Positions 1 through 10,459 of a stretch of 52,615 nucleotides of DNA are shown here, piece by piece. The translations under genes and the position numbers were made by a program. The stretch's first letter is position 1. Each line of letters begins with the position of its first letter. This DNA comes from Bacteroidetes bacterium HGW-Bacteroidetes-21 (GTDB lineage Bacteria; Bacteroidota; Bacteroidia; Bacteroidales; GWA2-32-17), in the NCBI GenBank assembly GCA_002840935.1, contig PHDH01000002.1, forward strand, positions 1 through 52,615. The letters are read 5' to 3'. The notes beneath the pieces were generated by a model. It did no database searches, was not told the origin of the DNA, and saw nothing but the letters and a program-made list of their open reading frames with translations.

Positions 1-75
1 AGTAAGAGTTTTGTCCTACTAGCAATGGTTAGATTAATGCTCAACAGAATTTAAAAGTGAATTTTAAACAACCTC
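1..75. mobile_element. Possible terminal segment of an IS (IS5-family-like inverted repeat end), running off the window
   Basis: The minus strand reads TTA|GAGGTTGTTTAAAATT from 75 leftward, resembling GAG-starting IS5/IS1031-group ends with a TWA target. It starts exactly where the neighbouring ORF stops looking like a protein. No transposase is visible. Confidence 0.35.
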
Positions 76-181
76 TAAATGTTCCTCCCTTAATTTCAAC
101 CCATTCTATAACTGGTTTGGTTTGACTAAAGGTTAATTGAAAAATAAATAGAAATAGTGTCGTTAAAAAGCTGAATTTCAT
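41..181 (-). pseudogene. Truncated 5' fragment of an exported FGE-sulfatase (SUMF1/formylglycine-generating enzyme-like) domain gene
   Basis: Manual translation: MKFSFLTTLFLFIFQLTFSQTKPVIEWVEIKGGTF|RGCLKFTFKFC*. A signal peptide is followed by the IEWVxIxGGTF start typical of FGE-sulfatase domains, where xMG would be expected next. TATATTTG promoter box at 238-245 (minus). Confidence 0.5.
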
Positions 182-441
182 AATTTTTCGTTTTTTTTAA
201 ACCTACTCTTTTAAGGCTTTTCGGCATACTCCATATGCAAATATATAAAAATTATTGTCATAATCATATACTTAAATAAAGAAATTGTAGAGGGTAAATT
301 AAATTTATAAAGTCTATAATTTGAGTTGGTTGTTTAGCCTATAATAGAACTAATCTAATTGCTGCAAAGTTTCATTTTAACTATCAAGTTTTAATCCTAC
401 TTAAAATGCCAAGATTGCATTCTTTTTCATTCATTAAAAGG

Positions 442-870
442 TCATTTAGTCCCGATTAAAACAACGATATCATAACCTTTCTTTTTTTTCACACTTAGAT
501 CAATACTATCCAATCTGATTGCTATTGTTATATCCTCAGTTTGTTTTGGGGTGAAGTCATAATGAGTGGGTGTACAGCCATACTCAGTTGTCCATATTGT
601 GTCTCCTTTATGTCCTGTCATTGTGACAGAAAAGGGAATAATGCATTTATATTCATAAACTACAACTCTATAACTTATATTCTGATCAAAAGTTTTTACG
701 AGTTTATCTTCCTTGCCAGGGAATATTGCTATACTATTCGGATAATGTGAATATGGATTATATTGCTCAAGCAAAGGATATCTTTGCATTTTGATATCAA
801 GTTGTAGCCTATGTTTGCAGGATAAACAAACTGTGCCAATTATAGCTATTGTAATGAGAATTCTTTTCAA
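442..870 (-). CDS. Hypothetical lipoprotein
   Basis: 142-aa ORF with TTG start and lipoprotein signal (MKRILITIAIIGTVCLS-C); TATATTTG box upstream at 965-972 (minus). Confidence 0.65.
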   Translation of the reverse strand: MKRILITIAIIGTVCLSCKHRLQLDIKMQRYPLLEQYNPYSHYPNSIAIFPGKEDKLVKTFDQNISYRVVVYEYKCIIPFSVTMTGHKGDTIWTTEYGCTPTHYDFTPKQTEDITIAIRLDSIDLSVKKKKGYDIVVLIGTK

Positions 871-1144
871 TGTATCACTAATGTTTTAATCTCTTTGTAA
901 TCTTGCTATGGGTGCTTGATAGTTTCTTATGGATTTTACCTTTAAATTTTCAATTTTCTTTCTACAAATATAAACTATTTTGATTTGTTGTGAAAAAGAT
1001 AAGGTAAAAGATCTGAGAAATTTCATATTTGCTGCCTTAGATGTTGTCATGGAAAATGGGTCAAAAGGCGATGACCTAATTAGGATGTTATAATGTTCAA
1101 GAACAACATTGATAAAAAACATATTTATTACGTTAGATTATCTT

Positions 1145-1152
1145 TACTTTTG
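1145..1152 (+). promoter_or_regulatory. Bacteroidota -7 promoter element for mutAB
   Basis: TACTTTTG matches TAnnTTTG, 20 nt upstream of ATG 1173. Confidence 0.6.
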
Positions 1153-1172
1153 CGAAAATTTAATTCTTGGTT

Positions 1173-3053
1173 ATGTCAGAACACAGTAAGGAAAAATTAT
1201 TTGATGAGTTTCCCCCAATTAGCGTAGAGCAATGGGAGGAAGTCATACTGAAAGACCTCAAAGGGGAAGATTACCGGAAAAAACTAATCTGGAATAGTCC
1301 CGAAGGAATTCCGGTTCGACCATTTTACACTAAAAATGATACGGCTGGAAAAGAAAAATTGAGTCAGGATTCCGTTATCCGTGGCAATGCAGATGCCGAT
1401 TGGGATATCTGCGAAGAGATTTATGTCGCCGACCTAAATAAAGCCAATGCAACTGCGATGGATGCTCTGGCCAAAGGAGCTACGGCCATCAATTTCATTC
1501 TTCAGGATAAGATTTGTGCTCAGCAGTCCGAAGTGATTTCTTCTAAGGAAGATCTGGCCACTTTACTGAAGGGTATTGATATTACAAAGACCACCATCAA
1601 CTTTATTTCCGGAAATAACACCCCGGTGCTTGTTTCTTTGTTTGATGAGTATTTTAAAGGTCAGGCTACTGAGGCTTCGAAAGTGAAAGTGAATTTTGAT
1701 TTCGACCCCATCGGACATCTGACACTCAATGGCAATTTCTTCTTTCCCCGTGAAACGGTTTTTAGTCAAACTGCTTCCTTATTAAAGTTCTCGTCCGAAG
1801 TTTTACCCGAAGCCAAAGTTCTGGGTATTAACGGATATTTTTTCCATAATGCAGCGGCTACCTCCGTTCAGGAACTTGCCTATTCGCTGGCTATTGCCGA
1901 CGATTACCTGTCACGCCTCACCGATTTGGGAATACCTGCTGCCGAAATTATCAAACGTTTTAAATTCACTTTTGGCGTGGGTTCAAATTATTTCATGGAA
2001 ATTGCCAAATTCAGGGCTTTCCGCTGGCTGTGGGCAAAAATAGCCGAACAATATCTGGGCAGTTCTGCAAGTCAATTTGTAGATATACATGTGGTAAATA
2101 GTAACTGGAATAAAACGGTGTATGATCCACATGTAAACATTTTGCGTGCTACCACCGAAGCCATGTCGGCTGTTCTGGGTGGTGCTAAATATCTCTCTAT
2201 ACGTCCTTTTGACGCCGTTTTTCATAGTCCTACCGATCAGTCCAGAAGAATTGCCCGTAACTTACAGATTGTGCTGAAAGAAGAAGCATACTTCAGCAAA
2301 GTTAACGATATTGCTGGCGGTTCTTATTATATCGAATCGCTCACCGAATCTCTGGCCCAGGAAGCCTGGAAACTTTTCCTCGAAGTCAACGAAAAAGGGG
2401 GTTACACCGAGTCTTTCCTTCGTGGCGAAATACAGCAGGCAATAAATGAATCGGCACAAAAACGCCGTCAGGCTGTTTCTTCTCGCCAAAACGTTCTATT
2501 GGGAACCAATCAGTATCCCAATCTTAACGAAAAGGTAAAAGAAAAAGTTTCTCCTTGCGCCATGTCATCACTGACACCGGCTGCAGATATGGAAATTGTG
2601 AAGCCTATTGAACTTTTCCGTGGCTCCGAAGCCTTCGAAAATTTACGTCTGACAGTAGAGTCAATGCCTCGTCGTCCCAAAGTATTTTTGCTGACTCACG
2701 GAAGTCTCGCTATGCGCAAAGCACGAGCCAGTTTCTCGACCAGCTTCTTTGGCTGTGCCGGGTATGAAGTGATAGACAATCTTGGTTTTGCTACCGTAAC
2801 CGAAGGTGCAGATGCTGCATTGGCAGCCAAATCTGATATCGTAGTGCTTTGCGGCAGTGACGATGATTATCCTGTAATGGTTCCTGAAGCACTGAAAGCT
2901 CTTAACGGAAAAGCAGTGGTCGTTCTGGCGGGATATCCTAAAGAGCAGATTGAAGCTTACAAAGAAATGGGCCTGAAACATTTTATTCATGTGAAAGCCA
3001 ACCTCCTTGATACGCTGACCATGTTCAACGAAGAGATGAAAGCACGGATGTAA
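1173..3053 (+). CDS. mutA: Methylmalonyl-CoA mutase small (beta) subunit
   Basis: LFDEFPP..W...I.KDLKG, YDPHVNILRATTEAMSA, GGSYYIESLT and LLGTNQYPN motifs. C-terminal B12-binding-like domain lacks DxHxxG. Adjacent to the large subunit. ATG 1173 preferred over TTG 1167. Confidence 0.93.
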   Translation: MSEHSKEKLFDEFPPISVEQWEEVILKDLKGEDYRKKLIWNSPEGIPVRPFYTKNDTAGKEKLSQDSVIRGNADADWDICEEIYVADLNKANATAMDALAKGATAINFILQDKICAQQSEVISSKEDLATLLKGIDITKTTINFISGNNTPVLVSLFDEYFKGQATEASKVKVNFDFDPIGHLTLNGNFFFPRETVFSQTASLLKFSSEVLPEAKVLGINGYFFHNAAATSVQELAYSLAIADDYLSRLTDLGIPAAEIIKRFKFTFGVGSNYFMEIAKFRAFRWLWAKIAEQYLGSSASQFVDIHVVNSNWNKTVYDPHVNILRATTEAMSAVLGGAKYLSIRPFDAVFHSPTDQSRRIARNLQIVLKEEAYFSKVNDIAGGSYYIESLTESLAQEAWKLFLEVNEKGGYTESFLRGEIQQAINESAQKRRQAVSSRQNVLLGTNQYPNLNEKVKEKVSPCAMSSLTPAADMEIVKPIELFRGSEAFENLRLTVESMPRRPKVFLLTHGSLAMRKARASFSTSFFGCAGYEVIDNLGFATVTEGADAALAAKSDIVVLCGSDDDYPVMVPEALKALNGKAVVVLAGYPKEQIEAYKEMGLKHFIHVKANLLDTLTMFNEEMKARM

Positions 3054-3068
3054 AACTTAAAATTTGCA

Positions 3069-5201
3069 ATGATGAAACCCGATTATAAAAAAGTAAACAT
3101 ATCCGAAATTCCCGCCTCCGGAAACAAACCTATGGCAGGTGAATGGAATACCCCCGAATTGATCAATGTGAAGAAAACCTTCACCGCTGAGGATCTGGCT
3201 AATATGGAGCATTTGAGTTATGCTGCCGGTTTGCCTCCTTTCCTTCGTGGTCCTTACAGTACTATGTATGTGCAGAAACCCTGGACCATTCGTCAGTATG
3301 CCGGTTTTTCGACAGCCGAAGAATCTAATGCTTTCTACCGTCGTAATATTGCCGCCGGACAGCAAGGTCTTTCTGTGGCTTTCGATTTAGCTACACACAG
3401 AGGTTATGACTCCGATCACGAAAGAGTAGTGGGAGACGTTGGAAAAGCCGGAGTTGCTGTCGATTCTATCCTCGACATGAAGATACTCTTCGATCAGATT
3501 CCCCTCAACAAAATTTCTGTGTCCATGACCATGAATGGCGCTGTATTGCCCGTTCTTGCTTTCTACATCGTTGCTGCTTTGGAACAGGGAGCCAAACTGG
3601 AAGAACTGGCCGGAACCATACAGAACGACATTCTGAAAGAGTTCATGGTTCGTAATACTTACATTTATCCGCCCGATGCTTCGATGAGGATTATTGCTGA
3701 TATTTTCCAGTTCACCTCACAGAAAATGCCCAAATTCAACAGCATTAGTATTTCAGGATACCACATGCAGGAAGCCGGCGCAACTGCAGATATCGAAATG
3801 GCCTACACTTTGGCCGATGGACTCGAATATCTTCGTACGGGAATCAAATCAGGACTGACCATTGATGAGTTCGCTCCCCGCCTGTCTTTCTTCTGGGCCA
3901 TTGGGATGAACCACTTCATGGAAATCGCCAAAATGCGCGCTGCCCGTATGCTTTGGGCTAAGATGGTGAAACAGTTTAATCCTAAAAACCCAAAATCTTT
4001 GGCGCTTAGAACTCATTCGCAGACTTCAGGATGGAGCCTCACCGAACAGGATCCTTATAATAACATCGCCAGAACTTGTATCGAAGCTATGGCTGCCGCA
4101 CTGGGTCATACTCAGTCGCTGCATACCAATGCGCTGGATGAAGCCATTGCTCTACCAACAGACTTCTCTGCACGTATCGCCCGTAACACACAGATTTATC
4201 TGCAGGAAGAAACCAACATTTGCAAGGTGGTCGACCCATGGGCAGGTTCCTATTATGTGGAATATCTGACCAACGAACTGGCGCATAAAGCATGGGAACT
4301 GATTAAAGAAGTAGAAGATTTGGGCGGTATGGCCAAAGCCATCGAGACAGGTATTCCCAAAATGCGTATCGAAGAAGCTGCTGCCCGCAAACAGGCACGC
4401 ATCGACTCCGGCAGAGATGCCATCGTGGGCGTGAATAAATATCGCCTCGAAAAAGAAGATCCCATCGATATTCTTGAAGTTGATAATACTGCCGTTCGTG
4501 AAGCTCAGTTGAGAAGATTGAAAGATCTGAAAGCCAATCGCAACAATGCTGAGGTACAGGCTGCTCTCGACGCCATTACCAAAGCTTGCGAAACCGGCGA
4601 AGGCAATCTGCTCGAGCTTTCGGTAGATGCTGCTGCCAAACGCGCCAGTTTGGGCGAAATTTCTTACGCAATTGAAAAAGTTTATGGGAGGTACAAAGCT
4701 GTGATACGTACAATTTCAGGGGTTTATGCTTCAGAAACCCACGGTAGCGACGAATTCAATAAAGCCAAAGAACTGGCCGACAAATTTGCCGCAAAAGAAG
4801 GACGTCGTCCTCGTATTATGATTGCTAAACTGGGCCAGGACGGTCACGATCGTGGAGCCAAAGTGGTAGCAACTGGTTATGCTGATATAGGCTTTGACGT
4901 GGATATGGGACCGCTGTTCCAGACACCCGCCGAAGCTGCCAAACAGGCGGTAGAAAATGACGTGCATGTACTGGGTATTTCCAGTCTCGCAGCAGGACAC
5001 AAAACCCTTGTGCCTCAGGTAATGCAGGAGCTTGCCAGTTTAGGAAGAGAAGATATTATGGTAATCGTGGGTGGTGTAATTCCCGCTCAGGACTATGACT
5101 TCCTCTACAAAGCCGGTGCTGCAGGTATTTTCGGACCCGGAACTTCAGTAGCTTTGGCTGCATCTAAAATTCTGGAAATACTGCTGGAAGGACAGGAATA
5201 A
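3069..5201 (+). CDS. mutB: Methylmalonyl-CoA mutase large (catalytic, B12-binding) subunit
   Basis: [31 protein letters not shown] and B12-binding GQDGHDRG motifs (scpA/mutB family). Confidence 0.97.
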   Translation: MMKPDYKKVNISEIPASGNKPMAGEWNTPELINVKKTFTAEDLANMEHLSYAAGLPPFLRGPYSTMYVQKPWTIRQYAGFSTAEESNAFYRRNIAAGQQGLSVAFDLATHRGYDSDHERVVGDVGKAGVAVDSILDMKILFDQIPLNKISVSMTMNGAVLPVLAFYIVAALEQGAKLEELAGTIQNDILKEFMVRNTYIYPPDASMRIIADIFQFTSQKMPKFNSISISGYHMQEAGATADIEMAYTLADGLEYLRTGIKSGLTIDEFAPRLSFFWAIGMNHFMEIAKMRAARMLWAKMVKQFNPKNPKSLALRTHSQTSGWSLTEQDPYNNIARTCIEAMAAALGHTQSLHTNALDEAIALPTDFSARIARNTQIYLQEETNICKVVDPWAGSYYVEYLTNELAHKAWELIKEVEDLGGMAKAIETGIPKMRIEEAAARKQARIDSGRDAIVGVNKYRLEKEDPIDILEVDNTAVREAQLRRLKDLKANRNNAEVQAALDAITKACETGEGNLLELSVDAAAKRASLGEISYAIEKVYGRYKAVIRTISGVYASETHGSDEFNKAKELADKFAAKEGRRPRIMIAKLGQDGHDRGAKVVATGYADIGFDVDMGPLFQTPAEAAKQAVENDVHVLGISSLAAGHKTLVPQVMQELASLGREDIMVIVGGVIPAQDYDFLYKAGAAGIFGPGTSVALAASKILEILLEGQE

Positions 5202-5254
5202 AGTTTACTGTTAAGACGAGTTGTTACTTCTGATTTTTGAAATTAGGATATGAC

Positions 5255-5298
5255 AAAAAAATGAGTAAAACCGCCAATGTGGTTTTACTCATTTTTAT
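5255..5298. terminator. Bidirectional intrinsic terminator
   Basis: AAAAAAATGAGTAAAACCGC-CAAT-GTGGTTTTACTCATTTTTTT hairpin between convergent genes, with A/T tails on both sides. Confidence 0.85.
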
Positions 5299-5303
5299 TT
5301 ATT

Positions 5304-6302
5304 CTATTTTACAGGAAAATAGATTTCCGTAATCCATTTTGAAGTGTCCGGCTCAGTCATAGGATCGGTTACGTAAATTTCCCAAGGCCCACCATTCTGT
5401 TCGTATCCATTTTCTTTCATGTAGTAGTCGAGGTCGTTATATGCTTTCTCTGTTCCTTCGTAGGGCCCGGTGTAGATAATATAAACTACTTTACCGGCAT
5501 AGCTTTGTTTGAATTGTATGCGGCCTTCTGGTTTGATTTCTTTACTGACGGGTATAGCTGCTTCGAAATCCCAACTGGAAGGATCCCATGCATAGGAAAT
5601 AGCCATTGGAGCACCGGCGCATTCTACTTTCTGTTTTTTTAGTAAGCTCATTATTTCTCCAAAGTTTTTTCCCAGAACTTCGCTGGTTTCGTTCATAGAA
5701 ATAGTGTCTCTGATGGCTGCAATATTTAAAGCATCTACTGATTTTTCAAATATTGAATAAGAATATTCATAAGACTTTTCTTCAGCGACAGTCTTGATGT
5801 TTGCCAGACCTTTTTCGAAATCACTGCCCAGCATTTTATCAAAGCTTATAAATAGGGTCATCAACCGCCCCATGGGGTATGATAAACTTCCTTCATCGTA
5901 CCAAGTCAGTTCTGTTTTGTCATCATTAATTTTAACAATAAAACCTCCTTCGGAAGTGCTTTCCATTGGATCTAGGAATGTAAGCTGATATTTGATAAGG
6001 GTGTCATTAATTCCCGTTATTCTTAGTTTTCCTGAACCTACAATTTCACCTTCCCAAGACATCTCGGCATTCACTCCAATGGTATCGTTGTATGTGTATA
6101 TGGCTGCTGAATCGGCTGCTTTCCATGGTGACCATTTGTCCCACATTTTTAAGTCAGTTATCAGAGGTGCTATTTTTTCAAAGCTGGCATTTATTTCTGT
6201 TTTACGCTCTACTTTATATGAGGAGGGGAGAAAGGCTGCTATAATCAGTGCTATTGCAATAATTGAGATCAGTATAATCATTATCCATTTTAAGCTTTTC
6301 AT
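5304..6302 (-). CDS. Membrane-anchored SRPBCC (polyketide cyclase-like) + GyrI-like small-molecule-binding protein
   Basis: N-terminal TM helix; LPSSYKVER...WDKWSPW and G.DFEKGLANIK (SRPBCC); C-terminal YTGPYE...GPWEIYVTDP..W.TEIYFPV (GyrI-like). Own TATATTTG box at 6326-6333 (minus). Confidence 0.85.
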   Translation of the reverse strand: MKSLKWIMIILISIIAIALIIAAFLPSSYKVERKTEINASFEKIAPLITDLKMWDKWSPWKAADSAAIYTYNDTIGVNAEMSWEGEIVGSGKLRITGINDTLIKYQLTFLDPMESTSEGGFIVKINDDKTELTWYDEGSLSYPMGRLMTLFISFDKMLGSDFEKGLANIKTVAEEKSYEYSYSIFEKSVDALNIAAIRDTISMNETSEVLGKNFGEIMSLLKKQKVECAGAPMAISYAWDPSSWDFEAAIPVSKEIKPEGRIQFKQSYAGKVVYIIYTGPYEGTEKAYNDLDYYMKENGYEQNGGPWEIYVTDPMTEPDTSKWITEIYFPVK

Positions 6303-6337
6303 ATTTTTTTAAGTTTTAGATAAAGCAAATATAGAAA

Positions 6338-6952
6338 TTATTCTGCTTTCAAAAGTTCAATAATTTCGGATAATATCATGGCAGTTGCTCCCCATATGAT
6401 GTGACTATTAAAACGATAGCAGGGGATATTAAAAAGTTGATTTGCGTAATTAAGTTCGAAGTCTGACTTTGTCTCTGGGTCTAAAAGACGGGCAAAGGGA
6501 ATTTCAATAATCTCGTCAACTTCAATATCGTTTTTCGAAAAGTGGGGTCTGGATTCAAGCACACCCACAAAGGGGTGGACCATAAAATTACTTACAGGAA
6601 TAAACAAGGGAGATAGTCCTCCGGCAATTTCTCCAGATTTTATTTCTACTCCAATTTCTTCACGACATTCCCGAATGGCAGCTGCTTTTAAACTCGGATC
6701 TTCTTTTTCCATTTTTCCTCCGGGAAAGGCAATTTGTCCGCTGTGTGGACTTCTGTCTATTGTCCGTTTTATAAAGCATAAATTAAGCACATTGTCTATG
6801 GGGTAAAAAAGTGCCAACACACTACTGTTTACAGGAGGAGTTGAATGGGAAATTTTTAGAAACTCATAACGGGTTTCCGGCCACATATGCTTATGCGCCT
6901 TTTCGCCAGGAAGCGGCTGGCTTAAAGCATGTTGTATGCTTTCGAGTAGCAA
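6338..6952 (-). CDS. NUDIX hydrolase, CoA pyrophosphatase family
   Basis: HSGQIAFPGG, Nudix box AAIRECREEIG and IWGATA. Confidence 0.9.
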   Translation of the reverse strand: MLLESIQHALSQPLPGEKAHKHMWPETRYEFLKISHSTPPVNSSVLALFYPIDNVLNLCFIKRTIDRSPHSGQIAFPGGKMEKEDPSLKAAAIRECREEIGVEIKSGEIAGGLSPLFIPVSNFMVHPFVGVLESRPHFSKNDIEVDEIIEIPFARLLDPETKSDFELNYANQLFNIPCYRFNSHIIWGATAMILSEIIELLKAE

Positions 6953-6954
6953 GT

Positions 6955-8340
6955 TTATTTATGATACTTTCTGATAAAATCTTCGACTTCTTTCACGCCA
7001 CCCTGATAGATCAGATATCCATTGTACGGTTCGCGGGGAGTAATTTCGTCGTTGATAGGTGTGAGCATAATTTCTTTTACCTTTTCGGTATCGCTGGTCT
7101 GGCCCAAAGCCCAACCCAGTTTAATGTAGGCTGTTTCGGGCAACATGTTTTCAGCCGGAACAATACCTTTAGCCATTAAGTCGCGGCCGGTATCATAAAC
7201 GAACATATGTACATATCCCCAAAGGGTCTGAACTGTCATATAAATTACGACACCTTTTTGCACGGCTCTTTCGATGGCAGGATAAATGGGTTTGTTTACG
7301 TGACCCAGTCCGGTACCGATCATGATAATACCTTTATAACCATTGTCCACCATGCTGTCGATCATGTCGGGCTGCATGTTGGTGTAGTAATATAACATAC
7401 CCACTTTTTCTTCGAAATAAGGCATGATGGTTACATTTCTGTCTTTGCGACGTGGTTTGTAATCTAGTTTCTGTGGAACAACGCCTTTGCGGGTTACAGT
7501 GGCAACGGGAATATCTCCGATGGTACGAAAAGTCGAGCGGTAGGAAGAGTGCATTTTTCTGACACGGGTACCTTTGTGTAGAAAACCATATTCGTCTGAA
7601 GTGGGTCCGAACATACATACCATAACTTCGGCAATATCGCCATGACCAGCAGCTGTGGCAGCATGCATGAGGTTTAAGGCTGCGTCAGAGCTGGGGCGAT
7701 CGGATGAACGCTGTGAACCAACAAGTATGATGGGAACGGGTGAGTTCTGTACCATGAAAGTCAAGGCTGCTGCGGTATAATGCAGGGTGTCGGTACCGTG
7801 ACCGATAATAATACCATCAATGCCATTCTCAATTTCTTTACCAATGGCAATGGCCAGTTTTTTATATTGTTCTGGCCCCATATTTTCGCTGAAAACTGCA
7901 AAAAGTTTGTCGGTGGTCAGATTACATATATCGGCTAGTTCGGGTACTGCACCGTATAATTCGCCAGGAGTAAAAGCGGGAATTACAGCTCCGGTGCGGT
8001 AGTCGAGACGGGATGCAATGGTTCCTCCGGTTCCCAGTAGTTTTACTTTTGGCAACCCAGGTGTAGTAGGGAATTCCTTCTCGGGAATCTTATAATTTGC
8101 TTTTTTGTAACCGGTTTCTTTCATTCCGGTGATAGTTGTAACGTCAATTCCGATATTGTAACCGGTGATGATTTTTACCACAATGTGTTGGTCGTCATCA
8201 TTCTCTGACCGGGGTAAAACGGTGCCTTTGAATTCGCCACGGGTTGTGTTGATTTCGGCCTGACCCCATACTCTTACGTTATATTTTTTAAGCAATTCGA
8301 GTGATTGCCCTTTATAACCCTGAAAAAAATCTTCGCTCAT
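6955..8340 (-). CDS. gatD: Glutamyl-tRNA(Gln) amidotransferase subunit D
   Basis: GatD-specific N-terminal domain (GTVLPR...HIVVK..GYNIGI) plus asparaginase-like core TGGTIASRLDYRTGAV, HGTDT, GSQRSSDRPSSDA and RVRKMHSS; adjacent to gatE. Confidence 0.93.
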   Translation of the reverse strand: MSEDFFQGYKGQSLELLKKYNVRVWGQAEINTTRGEFKGTVLPRSENDDDQHIVVKIITGYNIGIDVTTITGMKETGYKKANYKIPEKEFPTTPGLPKVKLLGTGGTIASRLDYRTGAVIPAFTPGELYGAVPELADICNLTTDKLFAVFSENMGPEQYKKLAIAIGKEIENGIDGIIIGHGTDTLHYTAAALTFMVQNSPVPIILVGSQRSSDRPSSDAALNLMHAATAAGHGDIAEVMVCMFGPTSDEYGFLHKGTRVRKMHSSYRSTFRTIGDIPVATVTRKGVVPQKLDYKPRRKDRNVTIMPYFEEKVGMLYYYTNMQPDMIDSMVDNGYKGIIMIGTGLGHVNKPIYPAIERAVQKGVVIYMTVQTLWGYVHMFVYDTGRDLMAKGIVPAENMLPETAYIKLGWALGQTSDTEKVKEIMLTPINDEITPREPYNGYLIYQGGVKEVEDFIRKYHK

Positions 8341-8351
8341 TATTTCAAGTT

Positions 8352-10319
8352 TTAAGCTGATAAAATAATCTTTTTTAATTCACTGAGAGGAATGTTTCCT
8401 TCAGCCTGTGTGCGCAGTTGTCCCATGACCCAATTGGCTTCATTTTCTTTGTCCTTTATTCGGCCAATTTCTTTGTACTTGTCTTTCAAAAAGCCTATGG
8501 GTGCAGTAATCTCTTCTTTGCTGCGTTTTTTATAACGGAGTATTGTCAGGATGCTGTCGATATCCATGTTGGGGTGCATATATAATTCGGGAAGCATTTG
8601 CCATGCCAGTTCGTAATGTATGCCTTGTTGTTTCAGGAAAGCCAGTACATTATAAACTTTTTCAAAAGTAAATTCGGGAGATGCTGGATAATGTCCTTGT
8701 ATCCATTTAAGACGTTGAGATAAAAGGCGGGCAGTGAATGCAGGTGGAACACTCAGCTCTTTTTCGGCTTTTTCAATCATGGGAACCAGATTGTTGCGGA
8801 AAAGATAATGATGCAGATATTCGGAAACGCCCCATCCAAGTAGCTGTTTGTAACGGTCAATGACTTCCACAGGAAGGCTGTTACGTAGGTTTTCTATGTA
8901 ATCGTTTTCCAGAGGAATGGGTGCTGAGTCGGTGTCGGGATACATGCGGTCGGCTCCGGGAAGTACTCGTTCGAAAATGGTTGTGCCATCCACGAAAGAT
9001 TTTCTGGTTTCAAAGGGTATGCCCGTGAAGGCCATCAGACAGCGTTCCTGAATTACTTCAAGAGCCGTTTTTCTGTCGTTTTCGGGTCCCCAGAATATCA
9101 TCAGTGCGTCGTCGTCGCCGGCAGAAATCTGTGTTGCCAGTTTTTCCCATACTTCATTTTTAATGACGGGTTCGGGCATTTCACTATGAATCATGTTGGG
9201 CAGTTCGAGGCAAGCAATGACTTTCAGTCTTTCTTCAATTTCGTTGGCAAAACATTTTCCGGGCTGTGTGAAATGCGATAGAATGCCTTTGAATCCGGGC
9301 AATTTAACCAGAACAATCATGTGGTCCTGTCCTTTTCCTTTTTCAAGGGGCTCGTAGTCAGTGGTAAATTGCCCCTGATTAATATCCAAAGTTTCAATTT
9401 TCCATCCGGAAAAATCGGGGAAACGTTTCAGTAATTCGTCGCGGAGATGCAATAACGACCACTGGCGATAACATTCGTTATGTGTAAGTTCGGGAATCCA
9501 ACTGTTATGTGCTACTCCTTTGATTTCGATACGGGTGCCGCCTTTGCAGCTTACATTTACGTCTTCGCGACCAGCGCCAATACCGGTTCTTACTTTACCC
9601 GTACTGCGGTTCAGAAAACGTATATAGTTAGCGGCTTCTTTTACTTCGTCGGGATTGACCATGTCGGGATAAGTCACTGTTTCAATCAATGGCATGCCCA
9701 GTCGATCTGTCTTGTAAATACGTACATGGCCGATATCTGAAATTTCGCGACATGAATCTTCTTCAATACTCAGCTGAATGAGTCTTACTTTTTTATTTTT
9801 TAAAGGAATTTCGCCTTCAACACCTAGTATAGCGGTTCTTTGAAATCCTGTGGGAATACTGCCATCGAGATATTGTTTGCGGGTAATATGTACTTCACCT
9901 ACTACGTTCATTTTATTCAGAAGTGTGATTTCAAGAGCAATACCCAGCGCTTCACGATCGATTTTAAAGGGTGGGGTATCATCCACTTCATAAGTGCAAG
10001 CCGTTTCGTTTTTAATGCGGTAAACGATTTCCTTGCGGGTCTTAAATTCCATGAGGGCTGTGCCATCGTATTCGCCCAGTTCACTGAGGGTAGGACGCAT
10101 ATGTCGTACGATTTCGGCGTCATAATCGTCGCTGTGATTAAATTTTCCGGCAGGACAATGGCAAAAAAGCTTTTTCTTGGTCAGTAATTGCTGATGTACT
10201 TCAAGTCCAGACATAAAACCAATGCGATCGTAGTCGGCTTGAGTTGCTTTTTTACGCGGAACATATCCTATGATTTCACGCGTCTTGTCATAATTTTCTT
10301 TAGCATTAATCAATTTCAT
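8352..10319 (-). CDS. gatE: Glutamyl-tRNA(Gln) amidotransferase subunit E
   Basis: GLEVHQQL..KKLFCHCP, RPTLSELGEYD, DGSIPTGFQRT, EEDSCR, DRLGMPLIE, DVNVS..GG.RIEIKGV and PGADRMYPDTD motifs, plus a GAD-type insertion (LPGFKGIL...MIHSE) that GatB lacks. Confidence 0.94.
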   Translation of the reverse strand: MKLINAKENYDKTREIIGYVPRKKATQADYDRIGFMSGLEVHQQLLTKKKLFCHCPAGKFNHSDDYDAEIVRHMRPTLSELGEYDGTALMEFKTRKEIVYRIKNETACTYEVDDTPPFKIDREALGIALEITLLNKMNVVGEVHITRKQYLDGSIPTGFQRTAILGVEGEIPLKNKKVRLIQLSIEEDSCREISDIGHVRIYKTDRLGMPLIETVTYPDMVNPDEVKEAANYIRFLNRSTGKVRTGIGAGREDVNVSCKGGTRIEIKGVAHNSWIPELTHNECYRQWSLLHLRDELLKRFPDFSGWKIETLDINQGQFTTDYEPLEKGKGQDHMIVLVKLPGFKGILSHFTQPGKCFANEIEERLKVIACLELPNMIHSEMPEPVIKNEVWEKLATQISAGDDDALMIFWGPENDRKTALEVIQERCLMAFTGIPFETRKSFVDGTTIFERVLPGADRMYPDTDSAPIPLENDYIENLRNSLPVEVIDRYKQLLGWGVSEYLHHYLFRNNLVPMIEKAEKELSVPPAFTARLLSQRLKWIQGHYPASPEFTFEKVYNVLAFLKQQGIHYELAWQMLPELYMHPNMDIDSILTILRYKKRSKEEITAPIGFLKDKYKEIGRIKDKENEANWVMGQLRTQAEGNIPLSELKKIILSA

Positions 10320-10459
10320 GATAATTTCATTTCAGCTGTAAAGTGAGTTACAAAAATGGTGAAAATTGCGCAAATCTTTTCAAATTATCCTGTTTTTTTT
10401 AATAGCTTTGTAACGTTACGATTTTCAGCGCGTATAAGTAATAATAAAATGAAAAATTT

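Noticed and set aside
886-1122. 78-aa minus-strand ORF upstream of mutA
   Set aside because: No recognisable features, and it spans the promoter box of the 442-870 gene; likely spurious.
6955-8340. Ordinary L-asparaginase
   Set aside because: The extra GatD N-terminal domain, ASRLDYRTGAV and QRSSDRPSSD motifs and adjacency to gatE indicate GatD.
8352-10319. Bacterial GatB
   Set aside because: At 655 aa it carries the GAD insertion and GatE-type motifs (SELGEYD, DGSxxTGFQRT, PGADRMYP), and no gatA or gatC is adjacent.
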